Below, in pieces: positions 15,464-28,225 of a DNA stretch of 64,000 bases. The notes under the pieces are model-generated. The model had not been told where the DNA came from and did not search any database. It saw nothing but the letters and a program-made list of their open reading frames with translations. Both the position numbers and the translations under genes were made by a program. Numbering within the stretch: the first letter of the stretch is position 1; every line of letters starts with the position of its first letter. Origin of the DNA: the human T2T-CHM13v2.0 reference genome, Homo sapiens; NCBI RefSeq assembly GCF_009914755.1, contig NC_060942.1. The stretch is one strand, 5' to 3'.

Positions 15464-15990
15464 ATAGTAGTCCCCTGTTATTCAAAGAGAGTATGTTCCA
15501 AGAACTTCAGTGGTTGCCTGAAATGTTGGAGAGTTCTGAGCCCTACATACACTATGTTTTTATCCTATACATACATACCTAGGAGGAAGTTCAATTTATA
15601 AACGAGGCACAGTGAGAGATTAACAACAATAAGTAATAATAAAATAGAACAATTGTATCAATATACCAGCATCACTACTTTTGCTTTTGGGGGCCATCGT
15701 AAAGTCAAAGAAAAGGGACTTGAACAGAAGCAGTGTGATGCCACAACAGTCCATGCGAAAGGTAAGACAGCTGCTAAGTGACTCAGTGGCAAGGACCATA
15801 GACAGGATGGAGATGCTGGACAAAGTGTCGATTCACATCCAGATCAAGAGAGAGCAGGCAGCGTAAAATTTCATTACATGCTCAGAACAGTGCACAATTT
15901 AGAACTTACTGTTTATTTCTGGAATTTTCCATTTAATACTTTTGGACCATGGTTGACCTCCAGTAACTGAAACTGTGGAAAAGGGAATGT
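15464..15990 (+). mobile_element. MER44B-like (Tigger7 derivative)
   Basis: agtagtcccc...atgttccaaga...ggcacagtgagagattaacaacaata...tttatttctggaattttccatttaata. Confidence 0.8.
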
Positions 15991-16089
15991 TATCAAAAAA
16001 ATTACAGTAGAGAGTGAAGGACAGCATTAGAAGTAGAGTTGAATGATTTATTTGCATTGCTTTGGTTTTCTTCTACCTGTTTGCTCTAG

Positions 16090-16271
16090 TGGCTTTCCAG
16101 CTTTAAAATGCAGCAGAACATGGAGTATTTGCTTTATCAGAAGTCACCAGGGATTGCCATCAGAGTTTTCGATCCAGTAAGTTTGGGTTGAGATCTGAGT
16201 TTGCATTTGTTGCAAGTTTTGACATGATGCTGTTGATTCTGCTCTGGGATCACATTTTGGGAACTAGGGAC
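16090..16271. mobile_element. MER5A-like
   Basis: cagagttttcgatccagtaagtttgggttg...tttgcattt...gggatcacattttggga. Confidence 0.55.
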
Positions 16272-16849
16272 TGAGTCTTAATATATCCATTCCCCGTAAA
16301 TAATACATTAAGTATTATATAATGCAACGACACCCAAACTATCTATAAAATAGTCTTAAAATTTAACTTTTAATCTTTTACTTCTCTTTCTATTTTTTTT
16401 CTTTTTTAAAGATGTTAAAGAACGTGAAATTGTAATACCAGTTGGGATGGTCTATAGGAAACTTTTCCAATGTCCTGCCTTCCTTCTTGAGATTTATACA
16501 AAAGCTTAGAAAAATTCATCCAAACTGATAAAAACTCTAATCTGTTTTCTAATCTAACAAGTTTTATTCAGCTTCTACAATAGTAACATCATTATTAGTA
16601 AAGTAGCCAATTTCCTTAGTAAAAGTTTATTTAAATGAGAGAAATTGAATGTAAATTTAATAAAACTATGCTCATAGACATATTTTAAAACCTTCTCCTG
16701 AATCGCATTCAGTTTTTTAGATAATCATAATGATTTCTATGAACAATAGACATAGAAAGATGTCACAGAGTTAATAGTCTAGAAGGTTTTACAAATAAAA
16801 TCTCTAATTTGCCCTACATTTTAAATTAATTATGCATTAATGTAGATGT

Positions 16850-17300
16850 ACTTGGCAGGCTTCTTGACTGCAGGTGACAGAAACCCTTTGGTTAACTTAA
16901 GCAAATGGAAGCATGTGAGAAGAAGATCCCACAGCTTTTAGAGCTATGAAGTGCAAACAAGATGGAGGCTCCTGACCAGTTGGCTGTGGACAGGACTGCT
17001 GCTGCCACTCCCCACATGCGCATCAGACCTTACTAGCTCCGCAGCTGTGTCTGGTCATCTCTGACTATCCCCTACAGCTTGCCTCACTCTTAAAGAATCT
17101 AAGTTCCAATGAATAGATACAATTACCAAGCTCTGTTCTACCCAAACATGCAAGATATCAAGGAAAGGGAGAGGAAGCAGATAACCCTTTTGGTCTAACG
17201 TAGAGGGAGCCAAGGTTCTACCTCATCGGTAGGTTATTATTTTTTTTCAATTGAAAGGTGTTTGGATGCCTTATTCCCAATATGACAAACTTCTACTATA
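16850..17300 (-). mobile_element. Old MaLR (MLT1-type) LTR
   Basis: gactgcaggtgacagaaaccc...aacttaagcaaa start motif. Confidence 0.45.
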
Positions 17301-17732
17301 ACAGGAGTACAGAAAACAAACCATTCCTGGGCATTATTTATTTTCCTAACGTGTTCATATGTAATCATTCACATTTCCTTTACTATCCTATAGCATGGCA
17401 TAGCTTATTAAAAATTTATGAATACACTTAGATGTAAATATAAGCTTATTAATCATAAACTTGTTAAAATTCATTTAAAACTTTATATGTATTATCAAAT
17501 ATCACTATTTGGTCTTATATCACCAGGGACAGGAATTCAGGGAAGGAGTTACTACTTTCTGAAGAATTAGAAAACCAAACCTAAAGAAGCTGTATAGCTT
17601 GTTTGTAAACACATAGACAAAGTATCCAACACAGCCTGGCAGCACCTTTTGGTTTTCTTTCTATCGTAGAACACTGGTAAACTGTTTAGTTAAACAAAAA
17701 TACATGACTATTTCTTTCAGAAATTGTGCTGT

Positions 17733-18200
17733 ATTTGTTAGGATGCTTTTGAATGCAAGTTATAGAAAACACAACTAACAATGGCCTACTGCTAAACACT
17801 GAAAGCATTCATTATATCACAGGACAAATCTAGAATTGAGGTTGCTCTAGGCTGGCTAATGTACCAGCTAGATGGTGTCAGGCCCTCTTGTCTTCTCCTT
17901 ACATTTGCATAATGCTCACATATAACCCCATCTACAGACGGGAAGTCACAGGACTTGTCATGTAAACTTCTTTCATTGAGAGACCCTTTCCACTTACCCA
18001 CAGTACTCTTCCTTTTAATAACCTTACAGCACTAAGCCAATCACTGAAAATGAAATCAAGATTATCTGGATTGATTTAGACAATTATGTTTAATACCCCA
18101 GGCACAGAGATGGGCTGATCATTATAACCTAAAATAAAGGCAACAAGGTTCTGCTACAAAGAAAGTGACAAGGATGCCTGTTGGATAGGCAACCAAGATG
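17733..18200 (-). mobile_element. Old MaLR (MLT1K/L-type) LTR
   Basis: gttaggatgcttttgaatgcaagttatagaaaacacaactaa...tgttggataggcaacc. Confidence 0.55.
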
Positions 18201-18419
18201 AAAGCATTAAGTGCCCTCTACAAAAATATGGCCCGCTATGATTGACAGTTAACATTCAACCTTAAATCTTAACCACATTAGAAAATGGGCTTATGTAGAA
18301 AAAAAAATTACTCTCAAACTATGCCATAGAACTGAGACACTTGAAAAATTTAGCATTTTAAATATTAAATTGTCTTTTCTAAATATATTTTAAGCTAAAA
18401 CACAGAACTCATTAGAGTT

Positions 18420-18945
<526 letters not shown>

Positions 18946-20635
18946 GATGTTAGAGCTCTTAACCATGTTGTGCAATTCCCTCAAGTGTACTATTTAACAA
19001 ATTATAACACATTGGAGAGTACCCATATGTCTACATATGTTATGAGAATTATTTTTGCTTAAGGATATGAAATATGTTTCCTCTGTTAAAAGATTTCTTA
19101 TTAAATGTGTCACTAATTAGTAAAATTTTTATTTATTTTTATTGTGGTCTTTGTATTTTGCTTCTTATAAGATATTTTAAGTAAGTACACAGCTACAACA
19201 TTCATCACCATAAACTAACAGCAGGGGTCAGGAGCATGTGATCTGTGTGTGAGCTTGGCATGGCACAGAAGCTGTTCTAATAATGAGTGATGGTTTAATA
19301 CATTGTGTCATGTCAGACATTTTATCAATCATTTAAACTTTTTTTGTTTTGTTTTAATTGTATAAGTGTTTCCCTGTCTGACATTTAAATTTACGATTAG
19401 AAATGCTGGCATTTGTTAGGTATTGATAGTGATTCATTTTTGAAAAGAAACTTTCTTAATACTTTCTTTTAAATTTCTAGATTGCTTTCATTGAACAGGC
19501 CACTGAAAGAGTAAGACAAATTGTTTTTATAAACCATCCATTTGCACAGTATTCGTGAGAATCAATTTGGGATGTGGGAGGTGTTGAGGAGGAACAGGGA
19601 TAAAAAGTGTTTGTTAATCTGCTTTTTTGAAAATAACAGAAAATATATTTTTAAAATAATATTGAGAGATATAGAATTATAAGCTCCAGTTATAAAACAA
19701 GACTTGTGAAATCCAAACACTTGGCCACCTCATCAAAATGGGAAAAAGTGATTAGAGAAATTTTCTATTTTGGTTACCTCAGAAGAAAACTCTAATAAAT
19801 GAGGTGAAATTCTTCTAAGATTAAATTTTACATTTTTTTCTATCATGGATCCAAAATTTTCTCCTAACTTTTACTCATTAATGGGAAGAGATAAGACTGG
19901 TAAATATAAAAATATAACCATTTAAATATGTAAGCCATGTTGTTCACAGGAAATTATATTTATCTATTAAAATTACATACTTCTTAGCATATTAAATATG
20001 TTCATGTAAGCTGAAAATGGTTACATGAGCCTTGTTTTTGATTGTTATGGACACATGTTGTGTGGATTTTGTTTCCCCTATACTACTTAGAAAGTTCTAA
20101 ACTCTGGGCGTATTTTCCATTTTGCAAATTTGAAAAATACAAGTCAGAAAAATTACTCTTCATGGATTAATGTTCAAACACAACTTGAAACCTTGTTCTT
20201 CCATATTTTTTCTTCTATGGCAGTAAAGAGCTAACCGAAGACAGGCAGATGTTTCTTCAGTGTGATATGTTAAAAGAAATCATCTTTTTATTCCTCCAAC
20301 TAACAGTATGTAGCGTACTCTATATGCCAGGAAACATAGTCTCCATAATTCCTACAATAGCTTTCATGCTTTGAAAGCAACTGAAGAAGTAAGTACAGTG
20401 TCAAAGTTAGAACAGAGACTGTGGCACTATTGTGCCCATTCTTGATAAACTCAGCCCCACTGTAACTTGTCCACATACACTGTTCTTATATAGTCCACAT
20501 TATCTTCCACCCTGATAGATAATTAACGAGTCAAAATCCAAGAGTCCCAGTAGAATTCATTGGCTTCATTTGCTTAGACTTGTAATTTAGAATGTGTATC
20601 TGGAGCCCAGAGCCCCACTCCAAAACTTCACTTTC

Positions 20636-20636
<1 letters not shown>

Positions 20637-20679
<43 letters not shown>

Positions 20680-20982
20680 TTTATTTATTTTCTTTTATTT
20701 TTTTTTATACTTCAAGTTCTAGGATACATGTTCACAACATGCAGGTTTGTTACATATGTATACATGTGCGATATTGGTGTGCTGCACCCATTAACTCGTC
20801 ATTTACATTAGGTATATCTCCTAATGCTATCTCTTCCCCCTCCCCCCACCCCACAACACGCCACGGTGTGGGATGTTCCCCTTCCTGTGTCCAAGCTGGA
20901 AACCATCATTCTCAGCAAACTATCACAAGGACAAAAAACCAAACACCGCGTGTTCTCACTCATAGGTGGGAACTGAACAATG
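20637..20982 (-). mobile_element. Short 5'-inverted L1PA (PA4/5-like)
   Basis: Minus-strand 3' UTR 20673-20895 joined to a plus-strand piece 20893-20982; perfect 15-bp TSD aaaacttcactttct. Confidence 0.92.
20639..20672. repeat. (GT)17 microsatellite
   Basis: Read directly. Confidence 0.98.
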
Positions 20983-22387
20983 AAAACTTCACTTTCTCAC
21001 AGACCAGAACTGGATGGCTCAGCCACTCCTGTTTATAAAAAAAAAAAAGAGAGGTGAAAGAGAATTATGAATAGTGGGGAATAGAGGCAGGGGATTGGGA
21101 TGGTCAAAATATAGTGTCAGGAACAATGTTCTTAGTAATTTTTGCTTCTTCCTAAACTATCAACTACTGTGAGAGGTTATTAAAATCTACCATTGTGATC
21201 TTGGATGTGTCAGTTTCTTCACTGTAATTCTACCATTTTTTTTCACTGCATGCAAATTTCAAAATATTTATGCTCATGCTTTGCCTTTATTCTTAATCAA
21301 GTTTATCTTTTTGCTTTAATGCCTATTTTTCTGAAATTCATGCACACTAGCTTTCACTTTTTAAAAAGTATATCTCTTTTCTATTCCTTTAGTGTCAAAT
21401 TTTCTTAGCTATTAAATTTTACTTTTATCTTCTGTAAACAGAATACAGCAACAAATTTTATGTTTGATCAATCTGAAATGCTTTAGCTTTCAAATTTATG
21501 ATGTATTTGAATACCAATGAATTTTGTGTTTCCTTTATGTTTTTGCTTCTTTTGTCTTAACAGTATATCACTCAAATTTGTGAAATAGTCATTCTAATTT
21601 ATTTTTCTTCTGTCACACATAACATTTTAATTATTTTAATGAGTATGTGCATATTTGATTTAATAAATCCACACTGTATCTGTCACTTCATTCTCACAAG
21701 ACTAAGATATTTACAACACTCTAATGCCAACTGATTTCATTCCCTCTCTCACATAAAATTTTTCTTTAGCATTTTAGTTTTTCCTAAAACTTATTATTTA
21801 ATTAAACTTAATTTTACCAAATAATCATTATGATCGCATGCTTGTCAGCTAATTAATCATTTATTCTCAAAGAAGTAATTTTATTTTTAAATGGCAAAAT
21901 CCCACTCACCTTTGCTCTCTTGACTGCTAAAATCTTTCCTCACCACTCCTTCTGTCACCTCGCGTCTTTCTTCTGCGGTCAATTCCTTCTTTCTCAAGTA
22001 CCTCCTTTGGTCATTGTTTCAATAACAGTTGTATTTGTTTCCCTGAAAATGTGTTTCTTTCACCTCCAGTTTTGAATGATCATTTAAATATAGGGTTCTA
22101 CATTAAAAAATATTTTTCTATGTTTTGACGATATTATCAGTGTCTTGTATTTTTTCTTATTGCAGAGTCTGCAATCAGTTTAATTTTTCTATATTTGAGA
22201 ACTATTTTAAAGAAACTTTGTCTCTGTAGCTGTATAGTTTCAATACCTAGCCTGGGTGTGGCTTTATTATTATATATGACATTTATGAATATGAAAAATC
22301 CTCATTTATAATATCTTTGAGTATTTTCTATCTTTCATTTCCTGTGTTCTATTTTTGTAAAAGTTATTATATGTTGTACCTCATCTG

Positions 22388-22532
22388 ATTTTTTTCCAAT
22401 TTTGAGATATGATTGACAAATAAAAATTGTTTATATTGAAGATGTACAATGTGATATTCTGATCTACATGTACATTGTGAAATGATTACCACAATTGAGC
22501 TAATTAACATAGGCATCACCTGACATGGTTAC

Positions 22533-22573
<41 letters not shown>

Positions 22574-22660
22574 GAGAACATTTGACACCTACTCTCTCAG
22601 CAAATTTTAAGTATACAATACACTAGTATTAAGTATAGTTACCATGTTGTACACTAAATC
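22388..22660 (-). mobile_element. L1MA (MA8/9-like) 3' end containing (GT)n at about 22536-22570
   Basis: attgacaaataaaaattgt...acattgtgaaatgattaccacaat...ctactctctcagcaaatttt. Confidence 0.8.
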
Positions 22661-24520
22661 CTTCGTATCTTTATTTTTCTGTGTGGACTTTTGTTAAATA
22701 TGCTTTTCTATTTTCCAGCTCTTCAGTTCTCCATTTATCTGTGTCAAATATGCTATTGGAATTCCCCACAGAATTTTAATTTCAATCATGCCATTTTTAT
22801 TTCGAGAATATCTATTGGGTTATTTTGCAAAACCACACATTTGGCTAATAATGTCTTGTTATTTTTCTCACAGTTTTACTTATTTAGCCTTATACCCAGT
22901 ATCAGAGAGAGTTCTGTTACCTGAGGCTCCTTGGCATATAATTCTGTGTTTGTAGTGTCTGTTAATTCTCAGCCTTGTGGACTGCTTTCTTATAGCTTAT
23001 GTAATATTAACTAGAGAGCATACCTACAGCAGGGCATTAATACATTGAAATACTATGGAGTCTGAGTTCAGGGTGTATCACCCCAAAGATTTTTTGGGGT
23101 ATCTCAGGGATAATAACAGCTCTGAAATAAAAATGTGGGGACTATGTTTCTGCTTGTTAGTTGCTAGATTACATGGGTAATCGAAATTTGAACTTCAAGT
23201 TAATGTGAAGGGAAACTGCTGGTTAGGAATCCTGGAGTCTTCTTTTTTCTTCCACTCAGAAATTGTGTAAGTGATCTGAATAGCATTTTAACACACTGGA
23301 CCAAAGGAAGAAGGTTTTGATCCTCTCGTTTCTATTGATGGTATAGTTGTTTCGTGATCAAAACTTTATGTGTTGCTCTAGTCCTAATTCCCACAGTGTG
23401 AAGCACAGCGTCTCATATCTTTTTCCGACTGTGGATTGGATTAAGCTACTAAATGAAACTTGCACCCTCCCTAGGGTAGCCACAGTGCCAGTTTAACTAT
23501 TTGCTGCATGGCCCTCTAAGTTTTAATTATTTCCTTGTAACTTATAATACTGCTTTTATTTTATATAAAAAAGTATATGTATCTAAAAGCATATTTTCCA
23601 GTCTATTCTATATTTGTCATTTTTATAGATAGAAGGCTTTCATATTTTAGTATGCACATCTGCCAGTCAAAGCATTGGTAATATAAACTGTACCATGTCA
23701 AGGTGGGATCTTGAGGTGGATATTCAGCTGATTCCTAAGTGAAGGAAAGTTATCTTCAGGATTTGAATGAATCCAGATAAATCAAGTTTTGTGGACAGTT
23801 GTCCACTTTTTAATCCATCTTCTCACATAGTCCAGATTATAGCTTTTGCTAAATAGTTTTATATTTATTTGAAAATAATGACACAGTCTTTAAAAAATAT
23901 TACTTTCTATGATTTTAGTAACAGTAAGCACTAATGAGTTCAGATATCATGGAGAGTTTATATATTTCTAAACATAAACGTAACAGCTCATTTAGCAATG
24001 TGATTTAAAATGCAATCATAAATCATTAAAATTGAACAATAGTTGTCAGGAAAAAATGAAAAAGTGCATTTTGTGATATATTCTTTTTTTTCTCAAATGT
24101 TTGCAAACTATTCACAGTTTTCGCAATTTTTAATAAACTACAAATGATCGAGACTTTTCTAAAAGGAGTATTTTGATTTCGAAAGAAAGATGTGCTAACA
24201 AGTGCACTGCTATTTACTACATTGATGAGTGTGAATTAAAATCATTTTTGAAAGCAAACCATGAGAGAAACCATTCAAATTCTAGAAGGTCCAAACTAAA
24301 GAGAATTTCTACTCCAGATAAGAGAATATAGTATTCAAAAATGTTTTCTCAAAAAAGGCTTGCTTTATTGTTTATATTTTTAAGGAAAAAAAATGATGCC
24401 AGCACCTTTTAAAAATATTGTTTTCCACAACGGTATTTGGCTACACTTTACATTTGATGATCATAATATTGGTTTTGCTGCTTGCATAATATACAACCTG
24501 CAGACAATGAGCACTTTAGC

Positions 24521-24596
24521 AAAAAAAAGAAAAGAAAAGAAAAGAAAAGAAAAGAAAAGAAAAGAAAAGAAAAGAAAAGAAAAGAAAAGAAAAAAA
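24521..24596. repeat. (AAAAG)13 pentanucleotide repeat
   Basis: Read directly; A-runs at both ends. Confidence 0.97.
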
Positions 24597-25966
24597 CTAC
24601 TTAAGGGACAACTTGAACAAGAGATGAGCCTGATTGTTGTTTGAAAACTTTCTGTTGACATCTTTTGTTAAATTCAGGAGCTTTGAAATTTGCAGAAAGG
24701 CATTTCAATAGCTTGGAAGAAAATCCAATACAATAATAGAGTGTGCTTTTCTAGAAATGTTATATCACTAATGTTCTTGATAACATGGAGTTTTATATTG
24801 TGTGAAAAATAAATACAGAAACCAATAACTCTAAGATAAAAGGTGCTTTTACAGAATTGACTTTGAACATAAAGAAGTTTGAAGGATACACTAACAATAT
24901 CTATATGAAAAATATTTCTTTTTAAATAAGTCAAAAAAGGGATTTTAAAATAAACATCAAATAAAATTATAAAATAATACAGAATATTGTCATTTTTATT
25001 TATAAAATATGAATATAGAATGTGGTACATCTTATAATCAGTGACATCTGAGATTGAATAAAATATCCTAATATGCCTCTGATTATATTTCTTAGTTTGT
25101 CAACTTTATATGTTACCTATTGACTTTCAGTTACTATAGGTTAAAAAACTGTCATATAAAATTCCCCTTATATATATATAAATATATATTTTATATATTT
25201 TTTATTTAAGTAAATATTCAGAATTTCATTTATTATAAATAATGAATAACATACACTGTTTGCATTGTTATGAATAATACTTTTCCAAACCACTAGAATA
25301 CTATGATTTTTTTTTCCTAAATGCTCTAACAACCGATCAAAACAATTTTTCACACCATCAGAAACCCAGGATTTGTATTTTTTTTTGATTTGGAGACACT
25401 GCTCTCAGAGTCTGGTGTTTCTTTTTTTTTTCCAATCTGGTTTAGTTACTTTTCTGAATTTATTCTATAACTACTGTTCTAGGGCATCCTTCCACTATTC
25501 TTTAGGGGATTCCCCTAACCGCTTTCCTTAGTTGAATCGCCTGTCACATGGATCTTATATCTTCTTCTAGATTGCTTTATGCTTTTATTTTGATAGCAGA
25601 TTTAGCAAGCACTTTTCGAAGCAAGGGGATATGGAATGCAAAATATTGAGGCTCCGTGCACCTGAAACTATCTTTACCCTCCTATTGTTTATACTTTTGA
25701 CAAATAAAGAAATATAGGTCAAGATTCACTTTCTCTCTGAAATTTTGGATCACTTTTACATTTTCTTTCAATATTTCTGAAAAGTCAAATAATATTTACG
25801 TTCTACTTACATATATAATTCCTCGTAGTTTTTTCTTTTGAAGAATTTTTAAATCTTACTTATTTCCTAACACTCTGAAATTGTAATATGTATTTTGATG
25901 TGGCCAGAGTTTGTACCTTATTAATTTAGAGATCCTTATTCTATAGTTCTAGGGAATTTTCTAATA

Positions 25967-27709
25967 GTGGCATATCTAGGAGATATTGTGGGTTTGGTTC
26001 CAGACCACTACCACTACCATAAAGCAGTAAGATGAGAAGCAAATATTTTTTCATTTTCCAGTGCATATAAAAGTTATGTTTATACTATACTGTAGTCTGT
26101 TAAGTATGTAATAGCATTATTTCTAAAAAGCAATGCACATATCTTAACTTAAAAATACTTTATTGCTAAAAAGTGTTAAAGATCATCTGAGCCTTCCCTG
26201 AATCATGAACTTTTTGCGGTTGGAGGGTCTTGCCTCAATATTGGTGGCTGTTAACTAATCAAGGTGATGTTTGCTGAAGGTTTGGGTGGCTGTGGCAATT
26301 TCTCCAAGTAGGAAAACAATGAAGTTTGCTGCAATTGACTCTTCCTTTCACTAAAGAGTCTCAGTATCATGTGAAGCTGTTTGTTAGCGATTTATTCACT
26401 GTAAAACTTTCAAAATCGGAGCCAATTATCTTAAACCCTGTCATTGCTTTATCAACTAAGTTTATGCAATATTCTAAATCCTGTGTTGTAATTTCAACAA
26501 CGGGCACAACGTCTTCACCAGGAGTAGATCCAGTTGCAATAAACCACGTTTGTGGTATATACATAAAATGTGGTATATATATAAAATGTGGTATATATAT
26601 AATGGTGAATATTTTCCAGGAGGTTTTCAATTTACTTTCCCCAGACTCATTAGAGGAATTACTCACTATCCATAGCAGGTATAGCCTTACAAAAGGCATT
26701 TCTTAAATAATAAGTACTGAAAGTCAAAAATATTTTTTTACCCATGGGATGCAGAATGGAGGTTGTGTTAGCAGGCATGAAACCCACAATCATCTTCTTG
26801 TACTTGTCCATTAGAGCACTTACATAATTAGGTGCATTGTCGACAAACAGATATTATGGAAACAGCTTCTTTCCTTAAGCCTCATGGACCAACCTTTGCT
26901 ATCTTCAAACATTTCTTCTGAAGGGTCAGTATTTTCTCAGCCTTCATAGAACAAAAGAGAGTTAGGGCCTTACTATGGATTAGGTTTTGGCTTAAAGGAA
27001 TGTTGTGGCTGGTTTGATGTTCTATCCAGATCAGTAAAACTTTCTTTTTAATAGCAGCAATAAGGCTTTTTCACTTTCTTATCATTTGTGTATTCACTGG
27101 AGTAGCACTTTTAATTTCCTTCAAGAATTTTTCCTTTGCATTCACAACTTGGCTAACTTTGGCTCCAGAGGCCTAGTTTTCAGCCTATGTCAGCTTTTGG
27201 CACGCCTTCCTAAGTTGAACAACTTCTAGTTTTCGATTTAAAATTAGAGAAATGAAACTCTTCCTTTCACTTGGACACATAGAGGCATTTTAGAGTTACT
27301 GACTGGCAGAATTTCAATATCGCAGTGCCTCAGGCAACAGAGAGGACTAATAAGAAGGACAAAGATGGGGAAACAGCCAGTCAATTCAGCAGTTAGAACA
27401 CACCCAACATTGATCAATTAAGCTTGACATCCTATGAGAGTGCGGTTTGTGGAGCCCTAAAACGATTACAATAGTCACATCAGAGACCACTGATCACAGA
27501 TCACCATTACAGATATAACAATAATGAAAAAGTTTGAAATGTTGTGAGAATTTCCAGAATTACCAGAGACACGAAGTGAGCACATACTGTTGGAAAAGTA
27601 GAAATATTAGACTTGCTTGATGCAGGGTTGCCACAAACCTTTAATTTGTGAAAAATGCAAAATTTGTGAAGTGCAATAAAGCAAAACACAATAAAATAAG
27701 GTATGTTTG
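25967..27709 (-). mobile_element. Tigger1 DNA transposon, both ends present, internally deleted
   Basis: TIR-like ends (ggcatatctaggagatattg / aaaataaggtatgtttg) flanked by TA; ORF 26367-26699 contains PGEDVVPVVEITTQDLEYCINLVDKA, the Tigger1 transposase C-terminal motif. Confidence 0.9.
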
Positions 27710-28225
27710 TAGTTACGTTTGTGTTATTTTAACCTTCTGTTTATTTTCTTTACTTTTTCTGAAATTATACTAGTTAGCTTAAACTATTTTTTCTTCTTTT
27801 GTTTATGTAGTCTTTGTCCCTTTTCCCCTCTAATATCCAAAATGCTCTCTCAATTTTATATGCCAGTATTTTTACTGATATTATGACTATTGTATTTTTT
27901 TATTTCTAGATATCATTCTTGTTCTATGAGTTTTTCCTTTCCAAAGATTTTTTTCCCTTGGAAAAATGCTCTAATTTTTAAAAAATTGACAATTGTAATT
28001 TTGGAAATTTTAAAAATCCTTTCTTTATTTCTGTCTCCTCTGTGCTCATGATTCTGTTTGTTTTGATTTAGCATTTTGCATGCTTTCCTCAGCTGTTATT
28101 TTATCTTTGATTATCCATTAGTATTTCAGCGGGAGCCTTTAACTTCTTGTCTTGTCTCTCTATGTTTGGTTAGGTTTTGTGGACTAGAGAATGGACTTTC
28201 TGGACCTTGAAATGTGTAGTTCTTT

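Noticed and set aside
16381-16510. Acceptor-like pyrimidine tract followed by a short open frame (DVKEREIVIPVG...)
   Set aside because: Weak AAG acceptor, no convincing donor, peptide not recognised
26326-26706. Domesticated transposase gene
   Set aside because: Decayed Tigger1 with internal deletions and stop codons
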